From NCBI RefSeq assembly GCF_000260965.1, contig NC_017856.1, forward strand, positions 1,050,001 through 1,082,000: a DNA stretch of 32,000 nt. The letters run 5' to 3'. Source of the stretch: Methylophaga frappieri (lineage in GTDB: Bacteria; Pseudomonadota; Gammaproteobacteria; Nitrosococcales; Methylophagaceae). Under the pieces are notes generated by a model. It searched no databases. It was not told where the DNA came from and saw only the letters and a list, made by a program, of their open reading frames with translations. This document shows positions 25,234 to 32,000 of this stretch, piece by piece. Within the stretch, counting starts at the first letter, position 1. The number at the start of each line of letters is the position of its first letter. Made by a program: the position numbers and the translations under genes.

Positions 25234-26196
25234 TTAACGATAATTTTTCTGCATTTTTTGTATTTCCTGAGCAATGTCTTCGCGAAGATCCGCTGGGGAC
25301 AACACTTCCACCTCGCTACCAAAGTGGAGGATATCTCGTATCAGTTCTCGGTTATCGCTGTAGGGAATGGAGAGCAGGTAGTTGCCCTCTGCGGTCCAGT
25401 CAGCCTGTTGATCGGGATGCCAGTTTTCCCGGCTGACGCGTTTGGAGATGGGTTTGGAAAACCTGAGTGTTGCGATATCTTTGACTTTGCCTGCAAAAAT
25501 GCCGTAACCCGGCATAACATGGTTATCCAGTGTTGAGAATGGAATATCTATCGCTTGGTTTTTCAGGCGTTGTATCTGCTGGATATTATCGAGTAAAAAA
25601 GTGCGCAATGCGTCACGTTTGTGGCACCAGGCATCCAGATACCAGTTGTCCCGATAATAAACGAGTCGTTGCGGGCTGATTATTCGGGTGTCTATCTGAT
25701 CAGTTTGCCATTGCCAGTAGCTGATTTGCAGCTGCTTTCGGGTTAATAGTGAAAAGGCAATTTCAGTAAAAAATGTCGGTTCGCATTGTCTTTGCCACTG
25801 GCTGGTTACTTTGATTCTGTTTTGCCAGTCCTGATCGTTAATGCTTTGTTTGTGCAAACGCGCCTGTAAGCGCTGTGTCACGGGATGCAGTAATTCTTTG
25901 ACAAGCGGTGGTTGCAGGCTTTGACTTATCTGTTCCAGCAGTGCCAATGACACCATTTCTTTGTCGGTAAACCATAAGCCGGGCAGTTCGAAGGTTTCCC
26001 CTGATTTCAGGTCGTAGTAATAGCCCCGACCGCGTTTGTTTTTGATGGGGGCACCAAGATAGTCGCACATATGGGTACGAATTCGGTGAAACGTGTTTTT
26101 GCCGTAGCCAAAATGGTTGAGGATGTCATTAAGCGGAACCGGGTAACGATGCTTTTTAAAATAATTATCCAGCTCGTAAATATGGGAAAACTCCAT
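25234..26196 (-). CDS. WYL-domain transcriptional regulator (wHTH-WYL-WCX; YafY/BrxR/CapW-like)
   Basis: An N-terminal HTH region is followed by the LPGLWFTDKEMVSLA linker motif, the WYL core (LVYYRDNWYLDAWCHKRDALRTFLLDNI) and a C-terminal extension domain. I prefer the ATG at 26196 (GAGG 8 nt upstream) over the ORF-track start at 26247. Confidence 0.82.
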   Translation of the reverse strand: MEFSHIYELDNYFKKHRYPVPLNDILNHFGYGKNTFHRIRTHMCDYLGAPIKNKRGRGYYYDLKSGETFELPGLWFTDKEMVSLALLEQISQSLQPPLVKELLHPVTQRLQARLHKQSINDQDWQNRIKVTSQWQRQCEPTFFTEIAFSLLTRKQLQISYWQWQTDQIDTRIISPQRLVYYRDNWYLDAWCHKRDALRTFLLDNIQQIQRLKNQAIDIPFSTLDNHVMPGYGIFAGKVKDIATLRFSKPISKRVSRENWHPDQQADWTAEGNYLLSIPYSDNRELIRDILHFGSEVEVLSPADLREDIAQEIQKMQKNYR

Positions 26197-26357
26197 TTCC
26201 GCTACCTCGCCAGGTTTTGATTTAAGGCAAGATACCATGTGACACACTGTTGGTATAGCAATCGGCTATGCCGCAACTAATTCGCACTAAAGTTGAAGCT
26301 GATAGGCAATTTCTGTAGATTTAGAAGTGTGCAATTTAATTTTGAGAAAGCTATCTA

Positions 26358-27005
26358 ATGTCGCCCTGCCGCCTTCTGTTTGCATCAGCCCTGTTAGCAA
26401 ACAGCACTATCCTGTCTGCAACGGTGACTATCGCTGTGACTGACCAGCATGGCGCTCCATTAGCCGATGCAGTTATTGAGATTGCAGACACACAACCCAC
26501 CGTTGAAAACACTGATGATATTGCGATTGTTGATCAGATTGATAAAGCGTTCGTGCCAGATCAATTGGTTATTCAGCAAGGTCAGCTGGTTGATTTTCCG
26601 AACAGCGACAATATTCGTCATCATGTTTATTCTTTTTCCAAGGCCAAAGCGTTTGAGTTAAAGCTTTATGCAGACAAACCCGAACAACCTGTTCGGTTTG
26701 ATCAGCATGGCGTCGTTGTACTGGGTTGTAATATCCATGACACCATGGTGGGTTACATTTACGTTGCTGGCGATAAACGGGTTGAGACAACCAATGAGGA
26801 TGGACTTGCTCACTTTGCTGATGATATTCAACGTGTCAGTGTTTGGCATGCGCATCAAACAACTGGCCCAGAGCAGTTAACTCACTACGATTTGGGCCAA
26901 CTTAATCAAACCCGTGAGGGGCGTTATCAGGTAACAGTGGATGTGATGCCGCCACCGCCGCGAGATACCTTCAAAGATACTTTCGGTGAGAATTTCCAAC
27001 CTTAG
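26358..27005 (+). CDS. Periplasmic cupredoxin (amicyanin-like type-1 copper protein; family often annotated as 'methylamine utilization protein')
   Basis: It has a signal peptide (MSPCRLLFASALLANSTILSA). The candidate upstream His ligand is in IRHHVYSF. The C-x2-H-x2-M ligand loop (GCNIHDTM) has the same spacing as amicyanin's C-T-P-H-P-F-M. Confidence 0.65.
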   Translation: MSPCRLLFASALLANSTILSATVTIAVTDQHGAPLADAVIEIADTQPTVENTDDIAIVDQIDKAFVPDQLVIQQGQLVDFPNSDNIRHHVYSFSKAKAFELKLYADKPEQPVRFDQHGVVVLGCNIHDTMVGYIYVAGDKRVETTNEDGLAHFADDIQRVSVWHAHQTTGPEQLTHYDLGQLNQTREGRYQVTVDVMPPPPRDTFKDTFGENFQP

Positions 27006-29331
27006 CCTCTACAATCAGATCTCGTTATTGTTACTTGTCGTGGTACTGGTTACCACTGGTGTGATCCAATTTACGGCCTGGTGGTCAGCTGAGCAGTTTA
27101 ATAATCAACAGATTCGCCAAGACATACAGAAAGCGACTGAAATTCTTGACGAGTATGCACAATCCCGTGAAGCCTTGCTGATGACTTCAGCACGTGTGCT
27201 GACTGCAGATTTTGGTTTTAAACAAGCGGTCGCGACATCAGATCGCAATACCATTGCCAGTATGCTGGAAAATCACCGAAATCGTATTGATGCGGATGTG
27301 TTATTGCTCAGCCAACGCAATGGCGATCCTATCGCTTCCTCATCCCAGACTAAGGTTTCGGCGTCGCAGTTCAGGGAGATTTTTTCTGGCTTGAATGCCA
27401 CACCCGAAAAGTCGCAGTTAATCTGGATGGATAATGCGGTGTATCAAATCATCATGCAACCGGTGCTGGCGCCGAGACCAATTGCCTACGCTTTGATTGG
27501 TTTTCAAGTCGATGAGCCGATTCTGGAGAAGTTGCACAAGCTGACACTGAAAGAATTAACCTTTCTGGTCAATAATGAGGTCGTTACCAGTACGCTACCT
27601 AATATCACGGCTGGTATGAGCCACAAGAGCGTGTTAGATCACACTGAAACTTCCTGGTTTTTAATTAATCGACCGCAATTAATTCACACGGAATTAGCGA
27701 CGATGACCAGTGTGAATAACCCTGTCAGCCTCATTTTGACTCACGATCTACGACCGATTTATAACCAATATGACGCGCTGGCATTGAGAATTATCGTTAT
27801 TGCTTTATCGATCTTTATTCTCGCCATTTTGAGTGGCAGTTATCTGGCCAGTCAGTTAACCAAGCCGTTAGCCAGTTTGGTCAACTTGGCAAAACAGTTT
27901 GCCCAAGGCGATTATCGACATGCCGTAACAGAACATCAAGGCTCCAGTGAGACACGCAGTTTGTCTGAAGCCTTACATGTCATGGGAAATCAAGTTGCCA
28001 GTCGCGAAGAACGTATTCGGTATCAGGCTGAACACGATCACTTGACCGGCCTGTTTAATGCCGAAAAGCTTCGCTCGACACTGACAAATACTTTAAGTGA
28101 ACTGCAACGTGCAGTGCTGATTACGTTTTATATCGGTAATTTTCGGCAGGTGAATGATCGACTAGGGCCTGATCTCGCTGATAACTGTTTGCGGATTATC
28201 GCCAATCGTATTCGCGATCTGCCCTGCCCCGGCAAACATCTGGTTGCCCGTATGGAAGGTATTGAGTTTATTGTCATTTATCAATTACCGCCTGGTCGCA
28301 GCGAGCAGCCACTGATTGACCAATTGCTGTATCAACTGGAAATGCCAATTCGGGAACAGGAAATTACCATTCATATGCAATATCACTGCGGCGTTGCTGT
28401 TTACCCTGATGATGCAGATGAGCCATTGAGCTTGCTGCGTCGCACCCGACTTTCTGCGGATTATGCACGTAGCCATCAGCTACGTATTTATCATTACGAA
28501 CAAGGATTGGATGAAGCGAGACTGGAACGGTTTGCCTTGATTGAGTCGCTAAACCTCGCCTTAAAACAAAAAGGCAAGGGCTTTAAACTCAATTTTCAGC
28601 CCAAAATGCGGATACTTGATCAGCAAATTATCGGTGTCGAAGCGCTCATGCGCTGGGAGCATCCCGAAAAAGGATTTGTGCCACCGGATACTTTTATTGC
28701 ACTTGCTGAGCAGGCCGGTTTGATTAGCGACATCACGCGCTGGGTAATTCATGCAACGTTGCATCAAGCGAGACAATGGCACCAACGTGGTGTGATGTTA
28801 CAAGTTGCAATTAATGTTTCCGCAGAGGATGTCTGCAACCCTGCCTTTTGTCAGATGTTGGAAAATGCGGTCGATAACATTGGCGTCAACCCAAAATATT
28901 GCACTATCGAAATTACCGAGAGAGATATTTTGCAAGACGAAAAGACCGCAACGCAAACATTGCTGTCAATACAAAACAGGGGATTCCGTATCTCTCTGGA
29001 TGATTACGGCATTGGCCAATCTGCGCTGGCAAAGCTGAAAGTACTGCCCATCAACGAAATCAAGTTGGATAAAGCTTTTATACTCAACCTGGATACATCA
29101 GCAAAAGATCAAAGTATTGTGCGCTCTACGATTACCATGGCACGTGAACTCAATCTGAAAGTCGTTGCTGAAGGTGTTGAAAATGCCGCTAGCTTACAAT
29201 TGTTAACGGCCATGGGCTGTGATTCAGTACAGGGTTATTATTTGGGCCGGCCCATGCCGGCAGATCAATTACTTTTATGGTTAGAAAAATTTTATGACTC
29301 GGATCAACCTAGTTCTGCTGGTTCTGTTTAG
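26986..29331 (+). CDS. Membrane sensor protein: periplasmic domain, HAMP, degenerate GGDEF, EAL (probable c-di-GMP phosphodiesterase)
   Basis: A GTG start overlaps the upstream gene by 20 nt. Two TM segments bracket a periplasmic region of about 240 aa, followed by a HAMP-like linker. The GGDEF site is degenerate (RMEGIEF). The EAL domain retains EALMRW, DDYGIGQS, KLDKAF, EGVE and QGYY motifs. Confidence 0.85.
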   Translation: MRISNLSLYNQISLLLLVVVLVTTGVIQFTAWWSAEQFNNQQIRQDIQKATEILDEYAQSREALLMTSARVLTADFGFKQAVATSDRNTIASMLENHRNRIDADVLLLSQRNGDPIASSSQTKVSASQFREIFSGLNATPEKSQLIWMDNAVYQIIMQPVLAPRPIAYALIGFQVDEPILEKLHKLTLKELTFLVNNEVVTSTLPNITAGMSHKSVLDHTETSWFLINRPQLIHTELATMTSVNNPVSLILTHDLRPIYNQYDALALRIIVIALSIFILAILSGSYLASQLTKPLASLVNLAKQFAQGDYRHAVTEHQGSSETRSLSEALHVMGNQVASREERIRYQAEHDHLTGLFNAEKLRSTLTNTLSELQRAVLITFYIGNFRQVNDRLGPDLADNCLRIIANRIRDLPCPGKHLVARMEGIEFIVIYQLPPGRSEQPLIDQLLYQLEMPIREQEITIHMQYHCGVAVYPDDADEPLSLLRRTRLSADYARSHQLRIYHYEQGLDEARLERFALIESLNLALKQKGKGFKLNFQPKMRILDQQIIGVEALMRWEHPEKGFVPPDTFIALAEQAGLISDITRWVIHATLHQARQWHQRGVMLQVAINVSAEDVCNPAFCQMLENAVDNIGVNPKYCTIEITERDILQDEKTATQTLLSIQNRGFRISLDDYGIGQSALAKLKVLPINEIKLDKAFILNLDTSAKDQSIVRSTITMARELNLKVVAEGVENAASLQLLTAMGCDSVQGYYLGRPMPADQLLLWLEKFYDSDQPSSAGSV

Positions 29332-30124
29332 TCCCGTTTTATCGGCAGCAGATGGTAAATTACTGGCAACACCCGGCGTATCACAAATTGAGGGGGCTGC
29401 CGGTGGTGGTTTTGTTCCTTGGGCCCAGCTGGCTGGATATGCCAGCCGGGATGAGATCAGCGGCAATGTATTTTGCAGTCGCGGTAACCTTGATGACTAT
29501 CACTTGAATGTCTGTGGTGCTCAGATTGGGTTGTATGATCGGGTGGAGTTATCTCTTGCCGAACAGCAGTTTCACGTTGATGCACTGGATTTAAATATTG
29601 AACAACGTGTTCTGGGCGCAAAAATCCGGTTATATGGCGATGTAGTTTATAGCGACTGGCCGCAAGTCAGTGCTGGTCTGCAATATAAACAACTGGATGA
29701 TCCGCTGGTCGCCGATCTGCTTGGTGCCAAAGAGGACAGCGGCACCGATTTTTATATTGCCGCCAGCAAACTTCATTTGGGTGCGGCGGCCGGCTATAAC
29801 TTGTTTTGGAATCTTACCGCTAGAAATACCAATGCTAATCAGACCGGGCTGTTAGGTTTTGGCAGTGTTAATGGAGGAGATGATCGCCAGTGGCATCTGG
29901 AGGCCTCTACTGCGGTTTTGTTCAGCCGGCATTTCGCTATCGGGGTCGAATACCGACAAAAGCCCGATAATCTTGGTTTACAGGAAGATGACTGGCATAA
30001 CCTGTTTGTTGCCTGGTTTCCTAATAAATACTTGAGTGTCACCGGGGCCTTATTAGATATGGGTGAGATTGCCGGCGCGCGTTCTCAACGTGGGACTTAT
30101 GTTTCTGTCACAGGGTATTTCTGA
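29294..30124 (+). CDS. Predicted outer-membrane beta-barrel protein (DUF3034-like)
   Basis: It has a signal peptide (LLVLFSPVLSAADG), an alternating amphipathic pattern and a C-terminal aromatic beta-signal (...YVSVTGYF). The GAAGGGFVPWA motif is one I associate with DUF3034, but the family name is from memory only. Confidence 0.5.
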   Translation: MTRINLVLLVLFSPVLSAADGKLLATPGVSQIEGAAGGGFVPWAQLAGYASRDEISGNVFCSRGNLDDYHLNVCGAQIGLYDRVELSLAEQQFHVDALDLNIEQRVLGAKIRLYGDVVYSDWPQVSAGLQYKQLDDPLVADLLGAKEDSGTDFYIAASKLHLGAAAGYNLFWNLTARNTNANQTGLLGFGSVNGGDDRQWHLEASTAVLFSRHFAIGVEYRQKPDNLGLQEDDWHNLFVAWFPNKYLSVTGALLDMGEIAGARSQRGTYVSVTGYF

Positions 30125-30543
30125 TGCGGTCAGCGATTGTTACGTTATTAATTCTGGCGCTTTCCGGCTGTGCTTCGCAACCCAAACAACGCACGCTTTA
30201 TGATGACTTAGGTGGCGCGGAAGGAATTGACCAAATTGTCAGTCATTTTATCAATCAGATTGGTCACGACCCGGTTATTTTGCCCTATTTTGCCGACAGC
30301 CACGTCAGTCGGTTTCGTGAAAAAATTACTGAGCACTTTTGCCATATCAGTGATGGGCCTTGCGCATATACCGGCGACAATATGGTCGATATTCATGTCG
30401 GCATGGATATCAATGAGCATGACTTTAATCGGGTCGTAGATTTACTTTATAACGCATTGGAACAATCTGGCGTGCCGCATCCCGCTCAAAACCGGCTAAT
30501 CGCTCGGTTAGCGCCTTTACGCAGCGATATTATTTATCGATAG
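30124..30543 (+). CDS. Group 1 truncated hemoglobin with a lipoprotein signal peptide
   Basis: A lipobox (LALSGCAS) is followed by LYDDLGGAEGIDQIVSHFINQI...PYF and ...M..IHVGMDINEHDFNRVVDLLYNAL, which parallel trHbN motifs (LYeklGG..ai.avvd.Fy ... M..aH.g..It..hFd.v...l). The ATG overlaps the upstream stop (TGATG). Confidence 0.7.
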   Translation: MRSAIVTLLILALSGCASQPKQRTLYDDLGGAEGIDQIVSHFINQIGHDPVILPYFADSHVSRFREKITEHFCHISDGPCAYTGDNMVDIHVGMDINEHDFNRVVDLLYNALEQSGVPHPAQNRLIARLAPLRSDIIYR

Positions 30544-30553
30544 TAAATTCGCT

Positions 30554-32000
30554 TTAGGGTAAAGCCCAGACCTGTAATTTCTGCCCTGTCGGATAACCAA
30601 ACAACTTATTGCCACCGGCAGCGACAGCAATATATTGTTTGCCGTCAATTTGATAGGTGATGGGTGGTGCATTAACGCCAGCTTGCGTCTTGCCCGCCCA
30701 GAGTTTTTCACCATTATCGGCATCGAAGGCCATTAATTCACCTTTGCCTTCCCCGGTAAATACCAGACCACCTTCGGTACTCAACACACCACCGATCAAA
30801 GGATTGTCAGATTGATGTTGCCAAACAATCTTGCCGGTATCGATATTAATCGCGGTCAGTAGCCCGTAACTTTGTTTGGCATCCACCGGTGCCATGGACG
30901 AATATTTTTGCGCCGGTTTGCCATCTGCCGCAGGGCGTTCGTGTAACTTGTATTCAACTGGCCAATGCACCGCGGCAATGTAGACACGACGCTTGTTTTC
31001 ATCGAGCGCAACCGGCGACCAGTTGGCCCCACCCAATACGCCGGGATACAGCAAATTACCGTCTTGTGTTGGTAGCGTAAACATATTGTGTTGAGGAACA
31101 AATGCTTCACTTTTGTACAAAAAGCGGCCGTTACGACGATCGTGAACATAAAACCAGCCCGTTTTACCCGCCTGCCCAATAGCCGGAACAGGCTGACCAT
31201 TGACCGTAATATTGAATAGTACTGGTGGGCTAGCGACATCATAGCCCCAGTTATCATGCGGTACCTGCTGGTAATGCCAGCGATAAGCGCCGGTCGAGGC
31301 ATCCACTGCCAGCAACGAGCTGGTGTACAAATTATCGCCCGGTCGAGAACTGCCTTCCATTTGTGGTGAAGGGTTACCGGTGCCAAAATGCAGGATACCC
31401 GTGTGTTTATCAATAACCGGCGTACTCCACGCCGATCCGCCGCCATAACGCCAGGCATCTTGATGGTCTGCCAAAGTCGCTTTTTCTGTCGCGATATCTC
31501 TGGGCAAATTGACGCCATCTTCGGTCACCGCGGTAAACTCGCCTTGCCAGTTTTTATGGCGAATAGTGTCGAATTGCCAGACTTTTTTGCCATTATTCAT
31601 ATCAAAGGCAGCTAGAAAACCCATCCGCCCATATTCGCCAGCAATGCCCACCACTGCGCCTAAAGGCGCGTCTGCGTCGGGCGCATCCAGATGCAAACCA
31701 TAGCCAACCCCGGTGATGCCAATAATAACCTTGCCGTCATAAATGACAGGCGCCATGTTGATACCCACACCAGACGTACCCGTAGCTTCACCAAATTGCT
31801 CACCAATACCATCTGTTTCTTCCTGAATACCCCGATTTTCGCCAACGACATCGCGATCCCAAATAACCGAGCCATCATCTGCATCCAGCGCGATCAATCG
31901 AGCATCTATGGTGCCCATAAATACCTTACCATCGGCAACGGCGACACCGCGATTTGCTGGTCCACAGCATGATTGATGATCGGCCACGAGCTGATGTTCA
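30554..32000 (-). CDS. PQQ-dependent dehydrogenase (methanol/ethanol quinoprotein family), partial; the N-terminus lies beyond the window
   Basis: The frame stays open to base 32000. It has the vicinal Cys pair (SCCGP) and beta-propeller W-motif repeats. GTGNPSP...RPGDNLYTSSLLAVDASTGAYRWHYQQVPHDNWGYD parallels quinoprotein alcohol dehydrogenases. Confidence 0.8.
   Translation of the reverse strand, partial: EHQLVADHQSCCGPANRGVAVADGKVFMGTIDARLIALDADDGSVIWDRDVVGENRGIQEETDGIGEQFGEATGTSGVGINMAPVIYDGKVIIGITGVGYGLHLDAPDADAPLGAVVGIAGEYGRMGFLAAFDMNNGKKVWQFDTIRHKNWQGEFTAVTEDGVNLPRDIATEKATLADHQDAWRYGGGSAWSTPVIDKHTGILHFGTGNPSPQMEGSSRPGDNLYTSSLLAVDASTGAYRWHYQQVPHDNWGYDVASPPVLFNITVNGQPVPAIGQAGKTGWFYVHDRRNGRFLYKSEAFVPQHNMFTLPTQDGNLLYPGVLGGANWSPVALDENKRRVYIAAVHWPVEYKLHERPAADGKPAQKYSSMAPVDAKQSYGLLTAINIDTGKIVWQHQSDNPLIGGVLSTEGGLVFTGEGKGELMAFDADNGEKLWAGKTQAGVNAPPITYQIDGKQYIAVAAGGNKLFGYPTGQKLQVWALP

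Overview
This looks like a gammaproteobacterial chromosomal segment, judged from E. coli-like tRNAs and recN-fur-bamE synteny. Bases 1-11.4 kb hold core genes: recN 3' end, fur, bamE, a beta-carbonic anhydrase, an MBL-fold hydrolase, coq7, rnr, three tRNAs (Leu-CAG, His-GTG, Thr-TGT), several c-di-GMP/chemotaxis signalling genes (PilZ, GGDEF, CheV, HDOD), and an odd 413-aa 'WYEAN' repeat protein. Bases 11.66-24.83 kb are a complete type I-F CRISPR-Cas locus on the minus strand: cas1, cas2-3, cas8f/csy1, cas5f/csy2, cas7f/csy3, cas6f, leader, then a 69-repeat/68-spacer array. Upstream of cas1 lie a frameshifted Tat-signal/HIRAN gene and a WYL-domain regulator. Bases 26.36-30.54 kb are a four-gene plus-strand operon: blue-copper cupredoxin, membrane HAMP-GGDEF(degenerate)-EAL protein, predicted outer-membrane barrel, and lipoprotein truncated hemoglobin. 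A partial PQQ-dependent dehydrogenase follows. The most interesting signal is in the unusually long cas1/cas2-3 intergenic region. It holds a two-repeat mini-CRISPR on the opposite strand with a 20-nt pseudo-spacer. That pseudo-spacer has a CC-PAM-flanked, seed-proximal 16/17 match 70 bp away in the same intergenic region, which is the architecture expected for a CreR/CreA-like crRNA-guided autoregulatory or addiction element. All calls come from reading the sequence and ORF translations; no database search was run.
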